DNA from: Candidatus Eiseniibacteriota bacterium
Lineage (GTDB): Bacteria > Eisenbacteria > RBG-16-71-46
NCBI GenBank assembly: GCA_963717505.1
Contig: OY970342.1
Location: 3,232,001-3,296,000, forward strand
Reading direction: 5' to 3'
Length of the DNA stretch: 64,000 nt
Position numbers and translations under genes: made by a program. Below, piece by piece: positions 30,864 through 41,700 of this stretch; positions within the stretch are counted from its first letter, which is position 1, and each line of letters begins with the position of its first letter. The notes under the pieces are model-generated. The model ran no database searches. It was not told the origin of the DNA and saw only the letters and a program-made list of their open reading frames with translations.

Positions 30864-31976
30864 TCAGACGAGGGGCCTCATGGCGTCGAACAGTGCCGCG
30901 ATTCGAGCGGGGTAAGGATGGTGCACGGCGTGCGCGGCACGGCCATCGAGGGCCCGCGCGACCAGGGGGCCCAGACGTTCCTCGAGGTTCTCGAGGAACG
31001 GATTCCTGGCGCCCGGGAACGCGAAGCGAAACATGTCGTAATAGTCACGCATCGGCGCGAACTCGTAATGCACAGAAGATACCATTCTCCGTCCGAGGAC
31101 CTCGACATCGATCGGTTCGACCACCACCTCGGGGGATTCGTGGCTGGCCAGCAGGAACACGCGATCCAGCGAAGCGTCCAGGGAACCCAGGCTTCCGAAC
31201 ACCGCCTCGGGAGCGGCCTCGACATGGGCCTGCCGGACCATCACTTCCCGCAGGCGCTCGTACGATCGCCGTAGGTTGGATCCCGCGGGGCTGACCCCGC
31301 CGAACGCATCCGCGACCTTGAGGGCCGCGCCGACCGTCGCGAGTCGGGCGAGCTGAACACGTGCGATACGCGCGCGGACCGCGGGGGACTGCGCGAGGTG
31401 CCAGGCCCAGAGACGGATCGGCTGCGGCAAGCCGAACATGCGCCGTGCTTGGGGATCGACGTAGATCCATTCGTCGCCGACGTAGCGCGCCCCCCGAGCG
31501 GCGAACGCGAGCAGGGCCTCGGTCTTGCCGCCCTTCGACCACCCGGTGACCAGAACCCCGCGACCCTCGAACGTGAATGCCGAGGCATGGAGCGGAACCA
31601 CGCCGTGGGCGAGCGCGGTCAGGTTGATGACCGCGATCAGCAGCGGCACGGCGGGCAATCCCGTCTCGCACACGATTTCGCAGCGCCCGCCCACGTCGAG
31701 GAAGGGAATCCGCGTGCGACCCCGCGCGTAGCGGCTACGCAGGATCAGGAAGGCATCGTTCGTGAACGCGGCTTCGTCCAACCCGAGCAGTTGCAGGTTC
31801 GCCGCCGGCAGCAAACGATCGACGAACCGGATCACGATGTCGGGTTCGCGGGACAAATCCTTGCGGATCGGTCCGAGCTGACGATCCACCGCTCGGACGT
31901 CGGATGCGGAAGCATCGAGCAGTCGGATCCCAACCACTCCGTGCAGGTCGTAGTCGATCTTTTCCGCGCGGGTCAC
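30864..31976 (-). CDS. HprK-related P-loop kinase-like protein
   Basis: PLHASA, LVTGWSKGGKT, YVGDEW motif order matches HprK-like kinases. Confidence 0.68.
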   Translation of the reverse strand: MTRAEKIDYDLHGVVGIRLLDASASDVRAVDRQLGPIRKDLSREPDIVIRFVDRLLPAANLQLLGLDEAAFTNDAFLILRSRYARGRTRIPFLDVGGRCEIVCETGLPAVPLLIAVINLTALAHGVVPLHASAFTFEGRGVLVTGWSKGGKTEALLAFAARGARYVGDEWIYVDPQARRMFGLPQPIRLWAWHLAQSPAVRARIARVQLARLATVGAALKVADAFGGVSPAGSNLRRSYERLREVMVRQAHVEAAPEAVFGSLGSLDASLDRVFLLASHESPEVVVEPIDVEVLGRRMVSSVHYEFAPMRDYYDMFRFAFPGARNPFLENLEERLGPLVARALDGRAAHAVHHPYPARIAALFDAMRPLV

Positions 31977-33673
31977 GAACCCGCCCCGCGGCGCGAGCTC
32001 GATGACCGTCCGCCGGACATGAGCGCGTCTGCATGGCTCAGGCTGTGCTCGAGCGCGTTCACGAAGTGACCACCGGCCAGGTTCGCTCGCTCGAGGCGAG
32101 TCGCTTCCTTCAGCGACCGATGCATCCAGCAGGTCTGAAACAGCGGCACCACCAGCGATCGAGGGACGCGCGCCGCCTCGGCGTAGCGGGCGATCACCCC
32201 TCGAGTCCAGCGCGAGAGCTCCGAGTCACCGAAGAAGGTGTCGTCGAATGCCGCCAACAGCGAGCGGGTCTGGCCTCGCCGTCGAGTGACGCCATACGAG
32301 CGAAGGAAGTAGAAAAGATCCCAGAGGGGCGGTCCAGCCGGGTCGGCGGCCTCCCAGTCGAGAAACGCCACGCCGCCCTCGCGTGTGCCCAGCATGTTCC
32401 AGGTTCCGGGATCGCCGTGCAGGAACACGCGCGGCACTCCCTCTGCATGGCTGGCAAGGGTTTCGACCGGCGCCTTCAGCCGATCGCCGAGACCCGGATT
32501 GCCATAGACCTTCGAGAACTCGTCGAGCAATTCGCGCAGCTCGGTCAGGCTTCGGCGGCGGGGATCGTCGTGGACGGTGCGCGTCAGGACTGCGAGCTCG
32601 GTGAGCGACGCCGCTGCCGACTGGCCGTAAGCGCACGGGATCGGACCCTTGCTGACTTCCTTGAACGGACGACCATCGATGGCGCTCTGGCAAACCACCG
32701 CCAGCCCGGCGTGTTCACCCTTGAATGTCACGCGCGGCGCTCGGCCACCTTTCGAGAAGCCGATGCTTTCGAGCTTGACCAGCGCCTCGCCTTCGTTCTG
32801 AAGCCTCGCGTTCATTTCCGGATGCGACACCATCTTGACCACGTAGGACGGGTGCGAAGCGGTGGGGCCGAACAGTCGAAACACCACCTTTCGCGAGCGG
32901 TACCCCTCGGGAACCGAAAGCCACCAGCGGTGGCCCGCGAACGAGATCCCCGCCTCAACCGCCATCTGCTCGAGATAGTCGGGAAGTGCGGCGACCTGCG
33001 GGCGATTTCTGGCGATCAGTGAGGCGAAGCGGGCGCCCATCGCCCAACGCGCCGGGAATCGACGAAGCACTCGGTCCACGGTGCGCGAATGCTCGGTCGA
33101 GCCCCATGGGTGAACCGCGCCGACCCGGATGACGTGCTCCAGCGCTCTGCGATCGGCGTCCGGCACCATCACGCGCGGCTCGCCGCGGAGCGGCAGCAGG
33201 CGGTACCGATCGAGGTGCGACCCGGTGGCGCGGGAGAGTCTTCGCTCGGGGGAAGAGGCCCCGGTGTCGCGCCCTTCGACGAATGCGTACCCGCCGCGGT
33301 CGATCAACCGGCGCACCGCATCGATTGCACCCGGACGGGTGGCCAGCCATTGACGCCCTTCGCCCCCGAGGATGGCCACCACGTTGCCCTGCGAAGCCAG
33401 ATCGTCCAGCAGCGCCTTACCATCACCCGCGACCCATCGGACCGAGGCGAGCTCCGGACTCGAACTCCACAGCGTCCGCCGCTGTTCTCCTGCTCGCCCC
33501 AGAGGCAGCACGGTTACCGCGCCCGAACGCGCGACCAGCATGCGCAGAGTTCCCAGCCCCGGAGTGCCGATCAGGAACACCCGCCCGGGCGGGATCTCGG
33601 CCAGCAAGTAGAGCCACGCCGCGTGCGGCGGCTCGCGCTTGAGATTGGTCCCGGGTTCGAATCGGCTAGCCAA
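31973..33673 (-). CDS. Aminoglycoside-phosphotransferase-like kinase
   Basis: YVVKM...LQNE, HGDPGTWN (Brenner-type motif), FLDWE, PLWDLFYF; TTG start. Confidence 0.8.
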   Translation of the reverse strand: MASRFEPGTNLKREPPHAAWLYLLAEIPPGRVFLIGTPGLGTLRMLVARSGAVTVLPLGRAGEQRRTLWSSSPELASVRWVAGDGKALLDDLASQGNVVAILGGEGRQWLATRPGAIDAVRRLIDRGGYAFVEGRDTGASSPERRLSRATGSHLDRYRLLPLRGEPRVMVPDADRRALEHVIRVGAVHPWGSTEHSRTVDRVLRRFPARWAMGARFASLIARNRPQVAALPDYLEQMAVEAGISFAGHRWWLSVPEGYRSRKVVFRLFGPTASHPSYVVKMVSHPEMNARLQNEGEALVKLESIGFSKGGRAPRVTFKGEHAGLAVVCQSAIDGRPFKEVSKGPIPCAYGQSAAASLTELAVLTRTVHDDPRRRSLTELRELLDEFSKVYGNPGLGDRLKAPVETLASHAEGVPRVFLHGDPGTWNMLGTREGGVAFLDWEAADPAGPPLWDLFYFLRSYGVTRRRGQTRSLLAAFDDTFFGDSELSRWTRGVIARYAEAARVPRSLVVPLFQTCWMHRSLKEATRLERANLAGGHFVNALEHSLSHADALMSGGRSSSSRRGAGS

Positions 33674-35243
33674 CGTGGGGTCCCTTGGTCGCCCGAGGTG
33701 CGGACTTGCCGAGCAACCAGCGGATCGCGGGCAGCTTGAGGACTTCTGGGAACATCTCGTGCAGGTCGAGCAGCTCCGAATTCATGCGAATGATCACGAT
33801 GGTTGCTGCAGCGGCCAGAACCACACTCGCAACGATGCTAGCGGTTCCGGTGCCGGGAATCGCCCACAGCAAGCCGGCCGCGACCGCGATCGAGAGGTAC
33901 ACCCGCAGGTAGCGCCACTCGAACAGGCGGACGCCGGTCCCGAGTCGCAGACCGGCCTGCTTGAGCAGATTGTGCGTGACCATCGCCAGCATCATGGCAA
34001 AGCCGGCTCCAAGCGCCCCGTGGGGCGGAATCAATGCGGCGCTGAGCCCGATGCTCACCAGCGCCGTGACGACGTTGATCGTGACGGTATAGCGCAGACG
34101 CCCGAACACCTTGAGCGTCAATCCATTAAAACCCAACGCGGCATTGAAGTAGTAGCCGAAGGAGAGCAGGGCCAGAATCGGGGCCGCGGACTCGTAGCGC
34201 GCCCCGTACAGCAGCACCGTAATCGGCTTGGCCAGCGAAAACGTCAGCAGGAACACCGGCAGCGAGAAAACGGCGATCCAGATCGCCGTGCGCCAGTAGA
34301 GCGCGTTGATCGCTTCCGAATCGTGCTTGGCGAACAAGCGTGCGGCCATCGGCGTGAACAAAGTCGCGAAACTGGCCATGACCATTTCGTTCATCTTGGC
34401 CGTCGGCAGTACGGCCTGAAGACTCGCGACCTCGGCAGTGCTGCGGAAATGTTCGAGCAGTACGACGTTGACCGTGTTCATGCTCAGGTAGACCAACTCG
34501 GTGGTGAGCAGGGGAAACGTGAAACTGAACACTTCCCGCCACGGCCTTAGCGACCGCCGCGCCGCATCCCCGTCCAACAGGCCCTGCTCGCGGAACACCC
34601 CGCCCAACTGAAAGCCGTAGATCGTGAGTCCGAGCAGCGTCGCCAGGACATATCCGATCGCGAGGTAGACGACGCTGCTCCCGGTCAGCATCAAGACCAG
34701 GACGACCGCGAGCTTGAGCGCAGGGGCCAGGACGTGACGCCGGAAGAAGATCGCGCGCGGCTTGGCGAACACCGCGAACACCCCGATCAGCAACTCGTCC
34801 AGCGCCTGGAGTGGAGCCAGGAAGATCAGCAGGTAGAGCAGCGTGACGGCCAACGGGTCCTTCATTCGCGTCACGACCAGCGACTGGCCCGCGAACAAGA
34901 GGAGCACGGCCAATACGCTCAGGGACAGGATCACGCTGACGGCGATCACCAGGGTCCCAAACAGGCGGCGATGATCGCCGCGCTCGTGGTAGATGGGCAG
35001 GAATCGGGTGATCGAGCGGTCGAGGCCGAGGGTGACCACCGCCTGGACGAATCCCACGATCGACAACGCGTAGGTGAAGGCCCCGAAGTCGCCCTTGGTC
35101 AGGTAGCGGACAATCAGGATCTGGGTGATGAAGTTCCCGAACTTGGCGAACATCCGGCCGGCGAGCAGCAGGGTGGAGCCGCGAACCAGCTTCCGGCTGG
35201 AACTGGAATGCTTCGGGCTGGCAGGGCCAGGGAGTTCGGCCAA
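33666..35243 (-). CDS. wzx: Polysaccharide flippase Wzx
   Basis: Many TM helices; RYLTKGDFG, LGLD.SITRF, LYGARY, HGALGAG motifs typical of MOP-family flippases. Confidence 0.9.
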   Translation of the reverse strand: MAELPGPASPKHSSSSRKLVRGSTLLLAGRMFAKFGNFITQILIVRYLTKGDFGAFTYALSIVGFVQAVVTLGLDRSITRFLPIYHERGDHRRLFGTLVIAVSVILSLSVLAVLLLFAGQSLVVTRMKDPLAVTLLYLLIFLAPLQALDELLIGVFAVFAKPRAIFFRRHVLAPALKLAVVLVLMLTGSSVVYLAIGYVLATLLGLTIYGFQLGGVFREQGLLDGDAARRSLRPWREVFSFTFPLLTTELVYLSMNTVNVVLLEHFRSTAEVASLQAVLPTAKMNEMVMASFATLFTPMAARLFAKHDSEAINALYWRTAIWIAVFSLPVFLLTFSLAKPITVLLYGARYESAAPILALLSFGYYFNAALGFNGLTLKVFGRLRYTVTINVVTALVSIGLSAALIPPHGALGAGFAMMLAMVTHNLLKQAGLRLGTGVRLFEWRYLRVYLSIAVAAGLLWAIPGTGTASIVASVVLAAAATIVIIRMNSELLDLHEMFPEVLKLPAIRWLLGKSAPRATKGPHVG

Positions 35244-35710
35244 GTAGGTCCCCAGATGGAAGTGGCGCGGGGTGTGTCACGGGCGCGGGTGGGACTAGGA
35301 TGCTAGCCCGATTGCCGACGCGCGGCAAGGCTGCAAGTGATTGCAGGCAAGGACCGTCCGAGCTTCGGGCTCCGTGCACTTCGCAATCCGGCGGGTGGGG
35401 GAGGGAACTCCGGCCCTTTGGTTGCCGGGCGGATCGCAGCGCCTCCCGTACCCCCCGGCGCCCCCGGGAAACTAGGGCTCGCGCCCGGAGGCCTAAGTGG
35501 CTATTATGTCGCTTCTGTTACGGGCCCCGACTCTCCCGCAAGACGGGCCATGGATTGAGCGTGTTGCCGGCGCTGAACGTCTCCCCGAGTTCACCCGCTC
35601 GTCGGTGCAGCGCTCGAAGGCTAGCTATCCAGTCCGTCGCAAGCGCGCGCTCTGAGCCATTCCGCTCCGGGGGGCGCCGGCCGCATATTCGGGAGAGCCC
35701 TCTTCTAACC

Positions 35711-38700
35711 ATGCGCCTCGAGACCCTCATGCGGGAGCGACCTTTGTTTTTCGCTCGCGCACTCGGATCGATTGCGGCTCTGGTCGGGTTCGCCTCGACT
35801 GCGCTTCCCGCGTGGGCCCAGACACCAATTCTGGCCGGCTACCGAGATTTCAATTACGGATCGACGGCCATCAACACGCCCACCGGCGAAAAGCCGGAAA
35901 GCAAGTTGTGGTGGAACGACGGTTTCTGGTGGGGGATCCTCTGGGACCCCGCGTCGAACCGCTACGAGATCCACAAGTTCAACGTCGGCACCCAATCATG
36001 GGCGAGCACGAACGTCGCCGCCGACACCCGCAGCAATGCCAAGGCTGATGCGCTGTGGGATGGCACCAACCTCTTCATCGCCTTCCATGTGTTCGCCAAC
36101 GAAGGCGGGCCCGTCAGCCCATCCCAGGCGGCCAGCCTCTATCGCTATTCCTACAATGCTGGTACCGACCAGTACTCGCTCGACTTCGGCTTCCCGGTAA
36201 CGATCAACGGCTCGAACTCCGAGACGCTGGTTCTGGCGAAAGACGGCACCGGGCAGCTGTGGATTACGTGGACGGAGAGGGTCTCACCTACCAATACCCT
36301 CACGAAGGTAATGATCAACCACTCGATGGGAACCAACCACCTGTCCTGGGGCACCCCCTATAGGATTCCCGTCCAAACGCAGGACGCCGACCCCGACGAC
36401 ATCGCTTCGGTCATCGCCCTGCCCGGCAAGATCGGCGTCTTCTGGTCGGATCAGGAGAACGAGGTCGACTACTTCGCGGTTCACCTCGACGGTGCGGCCG
36501 ACGACGTCTGGCAGCCGCGCGAGACCGCGCTCATCGACCCGGTTCTGGCCAACATCGCGGACGACCACATCAGCATGGTCGCGGACCCCGCGGGCAATCT
36601 GTACGTCGCGACCAAGACGAGCCTGAACCTGCCCGCCACGAATCCGATCATCTACCTCCTGAAGCGCACCCCGGCCGGTGTATGGTCGAGATACGTCGTG
36701 GCCACCGTGGGAGATCAGCATACGCGCGCCATCGTCCAGCTCGACGATGGTGGAAACCTCTATGTGTTCATGACCTACGACCCCGGAGGCCCCGAGCCTC
36801 AACAGCTCATCTACCTCAAGTCTACGAACACCAGCAACATCCAGTTTCCCACCGGTTTCGGGACTCCGTTCATCCAGAGCACGACCGACGATCTCGTCAA
36901 CAATTCCACGGGCACGAAACAACTGCTGAACGCCACGACCGACTTGCTCGTCATCGCCAGTGACCAGAGTTCCCACTACTACATGCACAACATGCTGCCG
37001 ATCGGCAGCACCGGGCCCTCCATCGCTTCGTTCCTGCCGCTCAGTGGCGTGGCGGGCACCGAGGTCACGCTTACGGGTTCGGGGTTCACGGGAGCCACCA
37101 ACGTTCGCTTCAATGGCCTCAACGCGCCGGGATTCGTTCTCGACAACGCCAACCAGATCCGGGTCAACGTTCCGGTCGGCGCGACGACGGGGCCGATCAG
37201 CGTCGAGGCGCCCTCAGGCACCGGTATCAGCAGCAGCAGCTTCACGATCCAGACGGTGCCGACCGTGGCCTCGTTCCTGCCCACGAGCGGTCCCCCGGCC
37301 ACGGAAGTGACCGTCAGCGGAACCGGCTTCCTGGGCACTACCAATGTCACCTTCAACGGCGTGTCGGCCACGTACACCGTCGACAGCAACACGCAGTTGC
37401 GCGCGAACGTTCCAGTGGGAGCGACCACCGGGCCGATCGCGGTGACGAATGGGGTGGGTACTGGCACCAGCGCCTCGAACTTCACCGTGACCGCGCCGCC
37501 GCCGGTCGTCACGTTCGCGCCGATTCACGACGCACGGGTCGAAGCCGCGAACCCGACGACCAGCTTCCCTGGGACAGGGACCGGCACCAACCTGTTGCTG
37601 AGAGTTGGCGTCGCAAGCTCCAATCCAATCAACTCGTATCTCAAGTTCAACGTATCCGGTCTGGCTGGACCAGTCGTCGATGCGAAACTTCGACTCTTCT
37701 GCAACGACGACAGTCCAGATGGTGGAAGAATCTACGCAGTCTCGAACAACTACTTGGGAACCTCCACCCCGTGGCTCGAGACTGGTCTCAACTGGAACAA
37801 CGCGCCGACGATCGGCGGAACCATTCTCGACCAAAAGGCCAATGTGCCGGACGAGAGCTGGGTTGAGTTCAACGTCACACCGGCCATCACTGGAAACGGT
37901 GTGTTCAGCCTTGGAATCACGAGCCCGCATGTAAATCTGGCCGCCTACTATCAAAAGGAAGGCGTAAGCCCGCCGCAGTTGGTAGTCACCATCGCCGCCG
38001 GCGCCCCGACCATCGCCAACTTCAACCCGACCAGCGGCCCGCCGGGAACCCAGGTCACGGTGACCGGAACCAACTTCAGCTCGGTCACTGCCGTCACGTT
38101 CAACGGCGTCGCTGCCGCCTCGTTCATCGTCGACAACGCGACCCAGCTACGTGCGACGGTGCCGGCTGCCGCCGGCTCGGGACCGATCGGCATCACCAAC
38201 TCGAATGGCACGACCTTCAGCGCCACCAACTTCACCGTCGATCCGCCGACCATCACCAACTTCACGCCGACCAGCGGGCACATTGGCGCCACGGTCGTCA
38301 TCACCGGCACCCAGTTCAGCACCGTGTCGTCGGTCCGGTTCAACGGCGTCAGCGCCGGGTTCGTCATCAACAACCCGACTCAGATCACGGCCACCGTGCC
38401 CTCGGGCGCGACCACCGGCCCGATCAGCGTGCTCAACCCGGCCGGCTCGGCCTCGAGTGGAACGAACTTCACCGTGATCCTGCCGCCGACCATCGCCTCG
38501 TTCAACCCGACGAGCGGTCCCTCAGGCACCCAGGTCACCGTGACCGGCACCCAATACAGCTCGGTGACTGCAGTGACCTTCAACGGTGTCGCCGCCAGCT
38601 CGTTCATCATCGATAGCCCGACCCAGCTGCGCGCCAACGTGCCGAACGGGACCAACACCGGCCCGATCGGCGTCACCAACCTGGCGGCGACCACGAACAG

Positions 38701-41700
38701 CGCGACCAACTTCACGGTGGTCAAGTACACGCTGGCGACGACCCCGGTCGGCTCGGGAACCATCGGCCGCGTGCCCGATCAGCCGAGCTACGACAACGGC
38801 ACCACCGTCCAGTTGACGGCCACGCCGTCGGTGGGATGGACCTTCACCGGATGGACCGGTGACGCGAGCGGCACGACCAATCCAGTCAACGTCCTGATGA
38901 ACGCGAATAAGACGGTGACCGGGACGTTCACGGTCAACACCTACACGCTGGCGGTGACCCCGATCGGTTCGGGCACCGTCGGGCGAGTACCCGACCAGCC
39001 GACCTACAACCACGGCACCAGCGTTCAATTGACCGCGACGCCGGCCGTGGGATGGACCTTCACCGGGTGGACCGGCGCCCTCACCGGAACCACGAACCCG
39101 GCCAATCTGTTGATGGACGGGAACAAGTCGGTAACCGCGACGTTCACCATCAACACGTACACGCTCGGCGTGACGACCGTCGGCTTGGGCGCGGTCGAAC
39201 AGGAACCCGAACCAGGCGACCTACGACCACGGGACGAACGTCCAGCTGACCGCAATCCCGACGGCGGGGTGGACGTTTACCGGCTGGAGTGGCGACGCTA
39301 CCGGTCTGACCAATCCGCTCAACCTGGTGATGGACGCCACCAAGTCGGTGACCGCAACGTTCTCGCTCAACGCCTACGCGATGAGTGTCGCGGTGGTCGG
39401 GTCCGGCTCGGTCGCCAAGAATCCCGATCAGGCGACCTACAATCACGGGACCAACGTCCAGCTGACCGCAACGCCGGCAACGGGGTGGACGTTCACGAGC
39501 TGGAGCGGCGACGCCACCGGCGCCACCAATCCGGTCACCGTACTGATGGACGGGAACAAGACGGTGACCGCGACCTTCACCATCAACACCTACACGCTGG
39601 GTGTCACGAACGTGGGCTCGGGCTCGGTCACGAAGAATCCAAATCAGGCCACCTACGACCACGGCACGAGCGTCGAGCTGACCGCGACCCCGGCCACCGG
39701 CTGGACGTTCACCGGCTGGAGCGGCAACGCGACCGGCACGACCAATCCGGTCAATGTCCTGATGGACGCCAACAAGAGCGTCACCGCGACTTTCGCGATC
39801 AACACCTACACACTCGACGTGACGGTGGTCGGCTCCGGCTCGGTCGCCAAGAATCCCGATCAGCCGAGCTACGACCACGGAACCAGCGTCGAGCTGACCG
39901 CGACCCCGGCCGTCGGCTGGACGTTCAGCTGGCTGGAGCGGCGCACGCCACGGGCTCGACCAATCCGGTCAGCGTGCTGATGGACGCCAACAAGAGCGTG
40001 ACCGCGACCTTCACCATCAACACCTACACGTTGGGCGTCACGATCGTCGGATCGGGCTCCGTCGCCAAGAACCCCGACCAGGGGACCTACGACCACGGCA
40101 CCAGCGTCGAGCTGACCGCGGTCTCGGCTACCGGCTGGACGTTCGCCGGCTGGAGTGATGACGCGACCGGTGTCACCAATCCGGTCAACGTACTCATGGA
40201 CGACAACAAATCGGTGACGGTGACCTTCACCATCAACACCTACACCCTGGGTGTGACGGTGGTCGGATCCGGTTCGGTCGCCAAGAACCCGGATCAGCCG
40301 ACCTACGAACACGGCACCAACGTCGAGCTGACCGCGACGCCGGATCCGACCTGGAACTTCATCGGCTGGAGTGGTGATGCCACGGGACTGAACAACCCGG
40401 TCAACGTGCTGATGGACGCCAACAAATCGGTGACCGCGACCTTCGCGCTCAACGCGTATGCACTCAGTGTCACGTTGGTCGGCTCGGGCTCGGTCGCGAG
40501 GAACCCCGATCAGGCGAGCTACGACCACGGGACGAGCGTCGAGCTGACTGCGACCCCAGCCACCGGCTGGACGTTCACCGGCTGGAGCGGCGACGCCTCG
40601 GGCTCGACCAACCCGGTCACTGTGCTGATGGAAGCCACCAGGAATGTGACTGCGACGTTCACCGTCAACACCTACACGCTGGCGGTCGACGCGATCGGAT
40701 CCGGGTCGGTCTCGTGGATTCCGGACCAGCCGACCTACGACCACGGCACCATCATCGCGCTGACGGCGAGCCCGAGCCCGACCTGGCACTTGGTCGGTTG
40801 GAGCGGCGATGCCAGCGGCAGCGAGAGTCCGCTCAATCTTCTGATGGATGGAAACAAGTCGGTCATCGCGACCTTTGCGCTCAATACCTACACGCTGTCG
40901 GTCACGGTGGTCGGCTCGGGTTCAGTCGGCAGGAACCCCGACCAGCCGTCATACGACCACGGAACGACGGTCGACTTGACCGCGAACCCAGCGACGGGCT
41001 GGACCTTCACCGGCTGGAGTGGCGACGCCACCGGAACGACCAATCCGGTGAACGTCCTGATGGACGCCAACAAGAGCGTGACCGCGACCTTCACGGCCAA
41101 CACCTACACGCTGGCGGTGAACACAGTGGGCTCGGGTACGGTCGCGAAGAACCCCGATCAGCCAAGCTACGATCACGGCACCAGCGTCGAGCTGACGGCG
41201 AGTCCGGTCACTGGCTGGACATTCACCGGCTGGAGCGGCGACGCGACCGGCTCGACCAACCCGGTCAACGTCCTGATGGACGGCAACAAGTCGGTAACCG
41301 CGACCTTCACCATCAACACCTACACGCTGGCGGTGACCACGGTGGGCTCGGGCTCGGTCGCGAAGAACCCGGACCAGGCAACCTACGACCACGGGACGAG
41401 CGTCCAACTCACGGCCGCGCCGGATCCGACGTGGAACTTCGTCGGCTGGAGCGGTGGCGCGACGGGCACGACCAACCCGGTCAACGTCCTGATGGACGCG
41501 AACAAGTCAGTGACCGCGACCTTCGCGCTCAACGCGTATGCGCTGAGTGTGACGGTGGTCGGTTCCGGCACGGTCGCCAAGAACCCCGATCAGGCGACCT
41601 ATGGCCACGGTACCAGCGTCGAGTTGACCGCGAACGCGGCGGCGGGATGGACGTTCAGCGATTGGAGCGGTGACGCCACGGGCTCGACCAACCCGGTCAA

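Noticed and set aside
31973-33673. Aminoglycoside resistance genes
   Set aside because: Both APH-like proteins are about twice the size of resistance APHs and are translationally linked to glycan genes.
35300-35710. N-terminal 137 aa of the 2970-aa ORF
   Set aside because: It precedes a clear signal peptide and covers the divergent promoter region, so the start was moved to 35711/35729.
39197-39945. Programmed frameshifting or phase variation in the giant gene and the sigma factor
   Set aside because: There are no slippery heptamers or homopolymer/SSR tracts at the sites. Isolated +1 insertions fit sequencing error better.
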